NCBI GenBank assembly: GCA_964016885.1
Contig: OZ024742.1
Coordinates: 252,154,001-252,218,000, forward strand
Source: Eledone cirrhosa
Taxonomy: Eukaryota
DNA length: 64,000 nucleotides
Direction: 5' to 3'
In this document: positions 1 to 12,800 of the stretch, in pieces
Position numbering within the stretch: position 1 is the stretch's first letter
Layout of the letters: every line of letters begins with the position of its first letter
Notes under the pieces: model-generated
Seen by the model: only the letters and a program-made list of their open reading frames with translations
What the model was told of the DNA's origin: nothing
The model's database searches: none
Position numbers and translations under genes: made by a program

Positions 1-1059
1 TTTTAACATCTGTTTTCTTTGCTGGGAGATATATAAAATAGACAGCTTTTATTAACATTCATCTTTTTTTAAATTGTAGTAAATTAATTTCTTGTTATGA
101 AAAAGATTAAACCCTCAAACCCTACAACAAAGAAAAGAAAGAAATGCCTTCTTTGCTAATGGAATTCGTGCTGGCGAAAAAATAAATAAGGTCCCAAAAT
201 ATTGGAGAGAAAAAAGAATAATAAAAAAAAAAAAGATTACCAGGTACTTTTCTTTACCTCATCTTACAGTTCATTTTGCATTTTTAGTCTTCAATCTCTT
301 TTAACGTTAAATAAACTTATTTTTTATAAGTTTATATTATCAATATAAAGAATATATATTTATTTATCAAACACTGGTGGGAAATATAACATCCAATTGT
401 TTAAACTGTCAAGATCAAAGGCATATACATGAATTGACTTTTGAGAGAAGGGGATAAAATAGTACATCATCATGTATTTTCATAAGAGTTAAGGAAAGTA
501 ATAGCTACTGAAGTTTACAATGCAGTTTTGTGTGAGATAATGTATTAACTTGTAGTGCTTGTAAAATAACAAACATTTTAAAGGTTTTTTGCAAATTATC
601 TTTTTCAAGGTTCAAAAATAGAAAAGTGTTTACTAACAGTGAAAAATAATGACACGATAGTAATAACTTCTTTCTTTCCAATATTCTTTTAAATTATGTA
701 TACAATCACTTTTCCTTGCTATCATAGATTGTATAGTTTGAAAATTCCAATATTTGCATGAACTGCTGGAGTTTTATAACTATAGACTTCTCAACATCAA
801 ACAACTGAAGTGAAAGTACTTAACTGTCAATGATCAAGTCCATCAAGTTGTAAATAAGTTCTGTTGGCAGATAAAGTTTAACAGTGTAATTAACAAGAGC
901 ACTGAATAATTTGATAAGCCTATGATTAACTTGAAATGCTCAGTCCAATATCTACTATAAATCTATAGACAAATATTATGGTTATTTATCCTATCCATGA
1001 AATGAATTGTCTTAGTCATTTTGCTGTGTACCCTGGCTTTTAGAAGAGATACATTGTAT

Positions 1060-1190
1060 CCCTTCATATCGTAAGAGTTGACTAAAAGGTTTGGTGTTAG
1101 GAAGGGCACCCAGCTGAGAAACATTGTTTCAAAACATTCTGTCCAACCCATGCAGCATGGAAAAGTGGACAAGGTGATTTTAATGCCCGA
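1060..1190 (+). mobile_element. Degenerate RTE-type 3' tail (SINE tail or LINE 3' fragment)
   Basis: ttggtgttaggaagggcacccagctg...gtccaacccatgcagcatggaaaagtggac resembles the 3' UTR and terminus of the RTE at 9450-9807 read in its sense orientation. Confidence 0.55.
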
Positions 1191-2759
1191 TAACATAAAA
1201 CCAGCTTTAGCATACTGTAACACCTACCAGTGGAGACAGTGTGTAAAGGGAATATGACGTGTATTTAGTAGAAGTAAAACAATTTTGATAAGATTTGCTC
1301 CTTCTGAACCCTCTTTGAGGTTTTGGGCTAGTCAGCATCCATCCCATGCCTCCCTGGACAAGTCGTAGGCCTATCATCAGTTCTTGCAGCGTTGGATGGT
1401 GACTGCAATGTATTTTTCAAACAGGCTCCTTTACCTAAAACCTGAACACATCCCTTGTTGCTCCATGTAAAGGATGATGCAGTATAAATGCTTTTATTGC
1501 ATCTAACAGTATTGCAGTGTTTTGGTGTTCTTATTCAAGCTAGGCACCAATTTGGTACTTTTCTCCAACCCCCAATGACTAGGCATTTTTAGAGGTGGCC
1601 TTGTCGTAGCTACATCACTGGGTTGTGAGAGAGTTCTTGGGAACTAACAGTGTCACCCATTGCTCCATCACCCCTAGTAGTTTACCGCTGTTGCTTATTT
1701 GTTTGGCTGGAGCCCACTTATATTGTAACTAACCACCATATCTGCAGGCCGTATCACTTTCTACCAACTGTGACCCATTCTGTAGCAGAACTGCTCTGCC
1801 ATTTGGCACTTGGCTAGAATTCAAGAGATACAGAGTTCAATTCACTTTGGTGGTCGCTAAGGTTATTTTACCTGATTTTCTAATGCTGTTATATTGTAGT
1901 GATTTCGTGTTTGGATATCAACATTTCTAATAGAAGTAAAGCAAGTTTATTTATTCACTTTCATAGATATATTACACAATACAGTTTTTAATTTTCATAG
2001 ATACATTAAAACTTAACATAAGTATACCCATTCATCAAGCTGTTTAAGCTAGAGAAATTCTACTGAAAACATGAATTATAAATTAAGATATCTAGCTCAA
2101 ATTTGAAATATAAATAAACAGCATATTATAATTGTCACCTCACAATTGTAAATTTCTATTTTAAGCACCAGCATATGAGTTGCTTTCTATTCTGGCTAAT
2201 TAACTCGCATAGCAATGTGATAAAAGTCAAATATTTCAATACTAGAAATGTTGCATCAAGAACTAAAGTACCAAAATATTTTCCAAAAGATTATATAAAA
2301 AGGTCAGATTTTTCTTCACAAGATAAGAACATATCAAAAGAAAGTTTGCAAGTAAATCCTATCAAATAGAATATTACTTGACAGCGACAAGTTATAGGAT
2401 GAGATTTACAAACGTTCATGTTATAATTCCATAAAAGTTCAACAAATCTGATTAAATATATTTTTACAATTTATTTTCTCAAACTGGCTGAGTGGATTAT
2501 GGTATTGGACTACTAACTCCTAATTCAAATACATTGCATGTTGTTTCATTGCTTCTGGGAAGAACAACTCATTCAACAAACCTTATATCACAACATTAGA
2601 ACAGACATCAGATTATCTGGTTATGTTACTGGCATCCTAACCAGGAAAATTTTTTTTGTCTCTCATCTACTTCATGCTATGAAACTGGATTTATGACCCG
2701 ACTCTGAAAGGTTCTTTGAAGCATAGTAAGCATTTAGTTTCATTGAATGAAAATGGCCT

Positions 2760-3260
2760 CATTATTGTGGCTGGTGATTTTAATGGGCATGTTTAGAAAC
2801 ACTGTGGTGGATTCTGGGATGTGTATGGAGGTTATGCTTGGTGTGAAGAATGAGGTGAGATCTAGGTTAATGGAGTTCTGTAATGCAAATAACATGACAA
2901 TCTGCAACATATATTTCAAGAAACTGGCCAACCACTTGATCGCATAGACTTTATTTTCACCAGGATACATAGATGTTTGGAAATGCAAAGACTATCCCTG
3001 GTAAAAAATGTATCACTCAACATAGGTTAGTGATTAGTGACTTTATAAGAGTTAGATGTTTTCAGAGACCTAAAGTGAGACGGGTGGGATTATGAAAGTT
3101 CTGGAAAGGGTTACTGCAAAGTGCCAGATAGGGGTCACTACCAATGGCATCTTCCTAGTGAGACAATTACAGAAGTACTTAGCTAGAAAGCTAAGGGTAG
3201 ATAAATAATTTCTAAGGGCTGTACAAGCCATGTAACGAGGTGTCATCAACTAGGTACAGA
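2760..3260 (+). pseudogene. Highly decayed RTE LINE fragment (endonuclease C-terminal part plus pieces of RT)
   Basis: gctggtgattttaatgggcatgtt encodes AGDFNGHV, and RLMEFCNANNMTICNIYFKKLANHLI matches RILEFCDANNLTICNTNFKKRDNHLI of the 1092-aa RTE ORF; frameshifts and deletions follow. Confidence 0.75.
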
Positions 3261-3289
3261 GGTGCTGTCAGTCATTAGACTGTAGCCAT

Positions 3290-3590
3290 TTAAGACACTG
3301 TCTTAAAGGAATTTAGTTGATCATATCGACCACAATACTTATTTTATCAAGCTTGATAATTATTTTATCGATCTCTATTTGTTGAACTGCTAAGTTAAGA
3401 GCCATAATCAATCAGCAAAACTGTATATGTGTGTATGTACAACAGGTGTTTTTGAGACAGCTTTCATCTACCAAATTCCACTCATAAAGCATTGATCAAT
3501 CAGTGTCTATAATAGAAAATACTTGCTCAAGGTTTGAAGATGAAACCATGTAGTTGTGAAGCAAACTCTTTAACCATGTAGCCATTGCTG
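3290..3590 (-). mobile_element. Old SINE-like repeat
   Basis: Reverse strand reads atggctacatggttaaagagtttgcttcacaac (A-box-like head) then ccttgagcaagtatttt, as in other SINE bodies in the window. Boundaries approximate. Confidence 0.4.
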
Positions 3591-4451
3591 TGCTTGTCAG
3601 TGAGAGTGTGCATGTGTATATTAGTAGTAGTGGTGGTTGCGGTAGTAGTAATATTAGTACCTCGATTAGTGCTCTAGATATGTTCCTAAATATGCAAGGC
3701 TAGACAAAATTATAGTCATTATAGCATAAATTGATAATCTTCTGGAAGATTCTGGAGTGGATAATATAGGAGAGCTGAGATCATTGATGATGGATAGAAA
3801 GCTTTGGAGAGCACATGTAAAGACAAATGAGAGATCTGGTAGTTGGCATAAATATATTACATAAATAGAGATGCCAGCCACTTTTCAACAGTGATATCAG
3901 ACACAAATGTGTTTTTGTTTTGTAATGATTTATCTGAAAATATCTAAAAACATGTTTGTTAATTTAAATTACTATACAGAATCTTTACTAGTGGACAGAT
4001 TTTTGTGAATATTTACAATAAAATGAAGTCAAGACTTAAATTTTTAATAGAATGTAACCATAGTGCTGTTTTGTACTTCTCAAGAATATCTTGCTAATGC
4101 AATTTCATGAGGTACAGGATGTTAAGAGTTACAGTTTTTACAGATGGCTAGCTATCTTTTCTACTTGTAAGTAACCACTCATCAGTGAACTATTAGAATC
4201 TGTAGTCAGTAAGACAATTAATTGCATGATGGCTTAAAATCGTAATCACACGAATGATTTAAATATCAGTAAAGAGAGTTAAAAATCTACCTAAAAGTCA
4301 ATGATGATAAAATTGATTCCATTCCAATTAAATTAGTTTCCAGCAGGTGCATGCATCCAGATCACACTGCTAACACACCTATTCAATAGTTTAAAACTAT
4401 TTAACATATTTTGTACTTTCTGTAACCACTATATTGTTATTTAGACATGCA

Positions 4452-4660
4452 AGAGGGTGGTGGATTAGCAGAGTTGGTAGAGTGCCCGATAAAATGTAAA
4501 ATGCCATTGCAGTATTTGTTCTGGCTCTTTACATTCTGAGTTCAAATCCTGCCAAGTCAACATTGCCTTTCATCCTTCTGAAGTACCAGTTAAATATTTG
4601 GGTTGATATAATCAATTTCCCTTCCCCCAAATTTGATGACTTTGTGCTTAAATTAGAAAT
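4452..4660 (+). mobile_element. tRNA-derived SINE, older copy
   Basis: tagcagagttggtagag (A-box-like) and gagttcaaatcc (B box) followed by ttgcctttcatcctt, shared with the copies at 4662-4850, 61627-61743 and 62735-62835. Confidence 0.6.
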
Positions 4661-4661
4661 T

Positions 4662-4850
4662 AATTGTTTCTACTTTTGGCACAAGGCCAGCAATTACCCA
4701 GTGTATTACTGGTACTTTATTTTATCGACCCCGTAAGGATGAAAGGCAAAGTTAACCTCGGCGGGATTTGAACTCAAAATGGCAAGGGCCGTAACTCTAC
4801 GCGTCAAAGCATGGTGTCCGACCCTCTACCGATACTGCCAATCCATCGCG
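4662..4850 (-). mobile_element. tRNA-derived SINE, young copy
   Basis: Reverse strand: tggcagtatcggtagag (A box)...gagttcaaatcccgccgaggttaactttgcctttcatccttacggggtcgataaaataaagtaccag...gtgccaaaagtagaaacaatt; nearly identical to 61627-61743. Confidence 0.75.
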
Positions 4851-5599
4851 CTTAAATTAGAAATTAATGTTAGGGCAATGGACTGACAGAATCTGTAGAG
4901 CATTTGACAAATGCCTAATTTAGAAATGAATGCCTAATTTAGAAATTGTTATTTAGACAAACAGCATTTACTTGTTAAAACAATGTTCAAGTTTCTACGT
5001 TCAGCAGAGTTCTCTATGGTACCCATGGCATGCCACTAGTTTCCTGGCTGATGTAGCTTGAAAGGACACATTACTTAATTATAAGCATTGAAGAAACTTA
5101 ATGAAAATGTCACTCACTCCAAAAGTTAACCTTTAGGTGTAATACATACTTCACATTTTAATAAGAAGCCTCGTAATCATAGATTTTTTTTTACAAATAT
5201 TTCAATAGAATTGTAACTGCATTTGTTATAAGTGTAGAACTAACTATTTGTTGATCCAAATTATATCAATAACATTGATTTAACTGTTTTATGGCCTTAT
5301 TTCTCATGAAATACACTTTATTTGAATTAATTAATAAAAAAGATTTGAAGGGATTTATTAAAATGTTTAATTGTTTCATGGTATTTGTAACAATTTAACA
5401 AAAGTTCTTTATATCAAATTATTTTGGAAGATTTTAATTTAAATAGAAACCCTTTAAAATTAGTAGTTTTGTTTCGTAGACCAGAGGAGTTTTTGAGTGG
5501 GTTGGTATCAAAAGGGTTAAGAAATTGACCAAGAATACACATTTGAGTCTATCGGAGATCATCAGAGAAGTCAACAGTACATGCAGTGTCAAACCTGGG

Positions 5600-5813
5600 G
5601 GATCATCAGACTGATGCTTATCCCAGTTTCAATGGCATTAAGTGACAGAGAGTCAGGATGCCAGTCCATTGCAGGTTAAAATCCCCAGCTACCGCTGGTA
5701 CTCATTTTCAGCTGAGTGTACTGGGACAACGTGAAATGAAGTGTTTTTACTCAAGAACACAACACACACCTCAGTCAAGGAATGAAACCCACCACTAGGC
5801 CATGTGCCTTCAC
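5600..5813 (-). mobile_element. tRNA-derived SINE (internally deleted head)
   Basis: Reverse strand begins gtgaaggcacatggcctagtgg and contains gtgttcttgagtaaaaacacttcatttcacgttg, homologous to the SINE at 54499-54716. Confidence 0.6.
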
Positions 5814-6166
5814 ATATTAATATAAAGGAAAAATAATGAAGAATTCATAAGAAAGACCTGACATAATAATAATGAATTTACCATGAACAGTGTGCAGAGA
5901 ATCATAAATGAAATATTGGATAGCAATACTGAAAGGGTAAAAGAAAACAGTATTGCATGTAGAAAACAAAAAAGAAAAGGAAAAACCAACACCTTTATTC
6001 ATTATCATTTATTTACTCTCTAGTTTTCCATTCTAGCATGAGGTGATGGGTTATCAGTGACCAAGTCGGTATTTGATTGCAGTTACTGTTCTCTCATTGA
6101 TGGACCTTAGTTCACATTGTGCTTGCTTATTTCTGTTCCAGTTTTGGCATGGTTTCTGTGGTTGGT

Positions 6167-6732
6167 TGCCCTTCCTTGCACCAAACACTTTACAGAGTGC
6201 ATTGGGTACATTTTATTGTGGCATTAACATCAAAGAGGTTACCAATCCTTGACACGACTGAAGAGCCCACAACCCTTTATTTGGCATGGTTTCTAAGTCT
6301 AGATGCCTTTCCTAACACCAACCACTTTACAAAGTACTCAGTGTAATTTATTGTGATATTGCATTCTGTTCACCACCCCAATTTTTCTATTTTTTCAAGG
6401 CATGTCTCTTAGCTTTTGTGGTTCTGCCTACCCTACTATTCCACCACCATGCCCTTCCTTGCACCAAACACTTTACAGAGTGCATTGGGTACATTTTATT
6501 GTGGCATTAACATCAAAGAGGTTACCAATCCTTGACACGACTGAAGAGCCCACAACCCTTTATTTGGCATGGTTTCTAAGTCTAGATGCCTTTCCTAACA
6601 CCAACCACTTTACAAAGTACTCAGTGTAATTTATTGTGATATTGCATTCTGTTCACCACCCCAATTTTTCTAGTTTTTCAAGGCATGTCTCTTAGCTTTT
6701 GTGGTTCTGCCTACCCTACTATTCCACCACCA
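6167..6732. repeat. 283-bp direct tandem duplication (2 copies)
   Basis: 6167-6449 repeats at 6450-6732 with one visible substitution; the ORF-track peptides at 6119 and 6402 share identical C-termini 283 bp apart. Confidence 0.9.
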
Positions 6733-6810
6733 TGTCACCTTTTGTTTTGCTGGGATCTTGGACTGGATCTTGGTCTGTAGCTTTCGGAAGTTGTTGCATA
6801 GGAATTCTAA
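6660..6810 (-). pseudogene. Short RTE ORF relic
   Basis: KVTWWWNSRV matches RVTWWWNSKV in the intact RTE; adjoins RTE-type 3' UTR sequence at ~6030-6360. Confidence 0.6.
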
Positions 6811-7959
6811 ATTTTGCTCTATATAATAGGTTTCCATATCATATTCCTTTCTGTCAAAGTAGACCTCTTCTGAATTTGTCATCAACCAAGGGTTCTTTCA
6901 GCTCCATGTCTTCTCCAGAGAAATTTGCATTAACACACACACCCATGCACTAACAGATAGACTGTCTACTCATTCATTTGTTTTGTTGTTTGTACAATGA
7001 TTTGTTAACACTGCCATGTTTAACTCGAGAATACTAGAAGTATTAGTTTCTAATGGAAGCAAAAACACAGGGAAGTTTTTAAATGCAAAATTAGAAATTG
7101 TGAGTCGTGCTTTCCCCATCGCCATTAGAATTCTCACTAAAGTTTATGAATACCAAGAGAAATAAATTCCAACTAAACTTTTTTGTTAGACAAAGTTTTT
7201 TCTTTAGAAATAGGTTTCTACAAAGATATATATATATATATATATATAAAGGATGTATTTCTTGTCAGATGTGCAAGCAATGTTGTAATTCTCATAAATA
7301 TAGACAAGTTATCTATAAAGATTGCAAATCTGTAATTAGTTCCTACAGGATACATTCAAAAGTTCTTTTAATCTCAATAGACTATTTTATAAAGTTTTAT
7401 TTTATTTTTAACACTGCTAGCAATTTGCATTGTAGAAAAATCTATAGTGACACACTATTGAACTAGAAAATATAACCAACCTAAGCAGAAGAACAATGAA
7501 TTTAGTCAATACTAGTTCATTATTCTTAAACTTGATATTCAACTCAAAAGAAAATGTGTCCTATGTATTGTATATAATATACAAACAAATATATGTTTCA
7601 CCAATATCATCATTTTATGTCCACTTTTCCATATTTGCCTGGGTTGGATGGGTCCTTTCTCGCACAGCCTCCTCCACCTCAGAGTGTTCTTTCATCATTA
7701 TCTCTGTGAGCTTCAATGTTTACACACAAAAATATATATAATGTGTATATTTATAAGTATGTAAAATATGCAACATATGACCATTCCCAAAAAATTCCTT
7801 TCATTTATTATTTTATTCGCTTCCCCATATGATATTATTTGCTGCTAAACTTATATAACAAAGGTCTGTAAAGGAAGATTTGTAAAAATTACATCTGTAG
7901 GATAACAAGTCATATCATTACAGACTTAAAATTCAAACTATATATCAAAATCAGGATCT

Positions 7960-8360
7960 GTACTTCATTGCCCACTGGGAGGGTAGTGGGGAAAGAGTCC
8001 TCAAGTACACCTTCTAGTGGATTCTGTCAGAAGCAACTATCTCCAGTTGGTCTGACTAGAGCCCCAAACAAGACCAGCCGATCCCATGGATTTATCCAAT
8101 CAACTTGCTTGGGATCTACCCATGTGTCTCCTGCCAGCTGTTTTTGCCCGTAAAGTCTGTCAAACAATTCTTTCCTTAGACATTCTGACCACATGTCCAT
8201 AGTATTGGAGCTGTGATGCTCTACTTGGAGCAACTTTCTGATCTTTGCACAACAAACTTTTGAGTAATGTTACTCCAAAGACCTTTCGGAAGAACCCATT
8301 TTGACTACTTGTATTTGCAATTGTATTCTTTTAGTCATTACTTAAGATTCATGACCATAC
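7960..8360 (-). pseudogene. Decayed non-LTR retrotransposon 3' fragment
   Basis: Weak resemblance to an RT C-terminal region and to the plus-strand relic at 60150-60410 (for example ...ccatgggatcggctg vs ...ccatgagctcggctg). Confidence 0.4.
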
Positions 8361-8632
8361 GTAAGGGTTTGCATGAAGATGGTGAGTTTGGCTTAAGCTA
8401 ATGTTCTTAGAATAATACTGTGATTCATGGCATTTTCCCTTGTTCTTGTCTGGGTGGTAGTGATATTATGCTTGCAGGACCATGACCCATTTTTTATACA
8501 GTGTTGCCCAGTCATCATGTGACTATTTTCGATATTGAACAGACAACATATATGTCGAGAGTATGCAAAGAGAATCATATGGTCAACATTTTTTTTTAAA
8601 CAAATTTCTATACTCCTATAACATGCTTTATA

Positions 8633-8635
<3 letters not shown>

Positions 8636-8685
<50 letters not shown>
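8636..8685. repeat. (CA)n microsatellite
   Basis: Direct reading of about 25 CA units. Confidence 0.95.
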
Positions 8686-8687
<2 letters not shown>

Positions 8688-9807
8688 AACAAATGTTGTG
8701 AACTCCTTGTTGCTTATAATGAATCCTTTTATCATGTTTTGCAAAATGTAACCAAAACATGTGAAATTACTTTAATACAAATTGCATTACAATAAATTCA
8801 GTTATTACAAACAATAAAATTGTCTCCAAAGCGTATTTCACATTCATGAATTTAAAAAAAAATATATTTTAAATTTGAAATGGTGTTTAGAAGAAACTTC
8901 ATCTAGCAGAAAAGAACTAAATTTTATGAAAAGTATTTTTTTTTTAAAGTTGAAAAAGAAAATACCAACTGTAATTGAATATGGCATACTGCTAAAGGCT
9001 GTAACAGCCAATTTTTACAAAGTAGTATTGATAAATATGATGACACTCAAAGCATGGTATCATCTAAAGAAAGTGAAATAGTCAGTACTATTTTGTAAAA
9101 AAATAGAAATGACAAAGACACTGATTGAAGAAATTACCCAGTACACCCATCTTACCCTTGTCAGCATAACAAAAAAGAAAATAAAAGAATGGCCACACCA
9201 CCAATTCTTTTTGCTACCCCTTTATCACATGACACATGAAAACAGTATTCTCAAATTTGAAACTTCCAAAATCTCAAGGTGATCTTATAAACTTACACAC
9301 ACACACAAAGAAGAAAACATGTACTCAATGCATGCAGGTGAGTTTATTTATCTTTTTGGCTGCCTGAAGGATCATACATCACAAGAAAGTGAGTTACTGA
9401 GTTGCAGTGGAATGAATTATCTACTTTGAATAATACTATATATAACATATCATCATCATCATCATCATCAACGTTTAACGTCCGTGTTCCACGCTTGCAT
9501 GGGTTTGGACGGGGGTAGTCCCACTTGAGGCAAGAGTGATTGTCTTGCTCGCATAGGACTGTCTGGCAGGTTTTCTACAGTTGGATGCCCTTCCTAACAC
9601 CAACCACATTTACAGTGTGGGTCTGGGAGGTTTTTACCGTGTTGCCTACACGGCCACATTACAGCGTGGACTGTGTGTTTTTTTGTCGTGACACCTACAC
9701 GATCTCATTTGTTTCGGCTCGGATGACGCGGCACCAACATAACTTTACATAGGACGGGGTGGTGTGGATGGGGTGGGGGTGGTGGTGGTGGGACGGGGTG
9801 TATTTTG

Positions 9808-12800
9808 TTAGAGATGCCTACTGGCAAGGCGGGTCTTCTCTGTTACTGAGTACCGCCAAAGGTCTCGGTCCAGTGACATTGTCTTGGAGAGGTGTAAGTG
9901 TGTGAGGTCGGAGTTTATCAGCTCGTCCCAGGTTTTTCTAGGTCTGCCTATTCCGTGGCTACCGTCTATCTTTATTGCCCTGCACTTTGTTATACAGCTA
10001 TCGACTTTCATGCGCATCACGTGTCCATACCAACGTAGCCTTCTCTCGAGTAAACAACATCTGATCCCTCTTATCTCTAATTTTTTCCTTAGTTCGTTTA
10101 TGCTTTGCCGTTCACGTATATTACTGTTACACATCCAGCGGAGCATGCAAGCTTCGTTCCTCTCTAGTCTGCGTATATCCTCTGCACACAATGCCCAGGT
10201 CTCACTGCCATGCAACATTGCTGTTCGTATGCAGGCATCGTACAACCTGCCTTTCATTTTTAGGGAGAACCCTTTAGCAGCTAATAGTGGTATAAGCTCT
10301 CTGAACTTTTTCCAACCAGTTCTGACTCTAGCTACAGTACTTTCAGAGCACCCTCCCCCACTGCTGATTTTATCGCCCAGGTAACGGAAGCTGTCCACTA
10401 TTTCTATAGAACCCTCTGCGCAATTGAAAGAGCTAGTATTGTGTGGGCACTTGCTGCTACTTATTGCACCAGAACACCGGCCACATGTAAAATCTATGTT
10501 CTTAGTTAGCTTACCTGTGATCCCACTACATCTTTTATGCACCCATACTTTGCATTTAGGACACAAAATGGAGTTTCTACCTACGCCTTTCCTACACACC
10601 GAGCACGACCATTTCCCAGAAGGGACCGCCGCCTTGTTTTCTTTCCTACAAACTAGAACTTTGGTCTTAGCCAGGTTAATTTTAAGTCCTTTTGACTCTA
10701 GGCCGTGCTTCCATGTTTGGAATTTCTTCTCTAGCTCGGCCATTGATTCCGCTATGAGTGTCAGGTCGTCTGCGTATAGGAGTTCCCATGGGCAGCCTGT
10801 CTTGAACTCCTCTGTTATAGCCTGAAGGGCAATAATAAATAGTAGGGGGCTGAGAACAGAGCCCTGATGGACGCCAACTTTTACGCTAAACTCTTCACTA
10901 TATTCGTTGTTAATTCTAACCTTGCTGACTGTTTCTTTATACATGGCTTGTATAGCCCTCACAAGCCATTCGTCAACGCCTAGTTTTCTAAGAGCCCACC
11001 AGATAATGGAGCGGGGGACTCTGTCGAAGGCTTTCTCCAAGTCGACAAAAGCTAAGTAGAGGGGTTTACCTTTAGCTAGGTACTTCTCCTGTAGTTGTCG
11101 TACTATGAAAAGAGCGTCTGTGGTACTTTTGCCTGACACAAACCCGAACTGCATTTCATCTAGGTCAATTCTCTCTCTGATTAGTTGCGCTATTACTTTT
11201 TCTGTGACCTTCATGACCTGGTCGATTAATTTAATGCCTCTATAGTTACTCCTATCTAGGGCGTCTCCTTTACCCTTATAACAGTTAACGATGATGCTGC
11301 TATGCCAGTCCTTCGGAACAACCCCATTCTGTACGACTTGGTTAACTATGCGGGTGACCATGGTGTGTCCCACCGTGCCAGATGCCTTCAGCATCTCAGC
11401 AACTATTTCCGAAGGCCCAGCCGCCTTACCTGTCTTCATATCCTTGATTGCCTTACTTATTATACTCCCCTCGACTAACACTGCTGGTCCCTCTATTGGG
11501 TCGACATGGGGGAGACTGTCTTTCTCCCATTTATTCTCCTCATTTAGTAGCCTTTCATAGTGACACTTCCAAGCTGCCTTCTTATCAGTGTCGGTGATGG
11601 CAAGTATGCCATCATCGTTAAGTACACACTTCTCCCCGACAATATCACGGTTTTCCTTGACGCATTGCCTAGCAATCCTGAACACCTCACGTTTTTGGTC
11701 ATCGCGTTGTAGGACATGCTTGAACTTTCTTTCCTCAGCTTCCCTTCTTGCTAAGTACACTTCTCTCCTAGCTTCCCTCCTGGCCACTTGATAGTCTACT
11801 CTACTTCCCCCATCCCGCCATACTTTCCAAGCCTGCTTTTTGGCCTTAATTGACTCCTCCACCTTACTGTTCCACCACCATGTTACTCTCCTCCTGCCTA
11901 CAGGCCTGCTCCAGCCACAGACTTCGTCTGTGGCCAACAGCAGGTTTGCTTTCAGAAATTCCCACTGTCCCTCTATATTGTCCGACTCTAAGTGTTCTTC
12001 CTTACTGTCGAAAGCATCAAGTAATATGTTTTGAAATTTATTTTTGGCTGTGGGGTCCTTTAGCTTCCATATTTTTCTCCTGAGGATAGTCCTCTTCTGC
12101 TGTCGAGTACGTCTCGACCTGACTATGAGGTCGCTAATTATCAGTCTATGTTGGGAGGTGCATTCTTCATGGGGGAGGGATTTAGTGTTTACAACAGACA
12201 CTCTGTCACGTCTTCTGGTAAGGATATAATCTACCTGGCTTGTGTGTTCCCCGGATCTATAGGTGATCAGGTGATTGTCACGTTTTTTGAAGTTAGTGTT
12301 ACAGATAGTTAGGTTATTTGCATCACAGAATTCCAGGATTCTGGAGCCTTCCTCATTTCTAGTACCAAACCCATAGCCTCCATGGATTTCGTCGTAGCCG
12401 TCACAATGTTGCCCAACGTGACCATTTAGGTCGCCTGCAATAATTATATAGTCACTGTCAGATATTTGGGAGGTAGTGAGCATCAGTGTCTCATAGAATC
12501 TGTCTTTTATAGTGCCGGGCAGTCCGGATTGGGGTGCATACGCAGATATTACTGTCACCGTAGTTCTATTGAGGACAAGTCGTATTTTAATTATTCTGTC
12601 GTTCACTCTATTTACGTCTATTATCTTATCCGCCCACTTTTCTGCTACCATGATTCCTACTCCACCCAGCCCATCGTCGTTTCCCACCCAGAAAAGCTTA
12701 TAACATCGTTTTTTACCCTCAATGAATCTAGCAGACCCACCCCTCCACCTGGTCTCTTGAATACAACAAACATCGACCTCCTTACGTTCAAGCATTTCTA

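Noticed and set aside
9750-9800. G-quadruplex-like G runs at the RTE ends (also 12875-12910 and 13155-13278)
   Set aside because: Present on the antisense strand, but common in LINE UTRs and with no evidence of function here.
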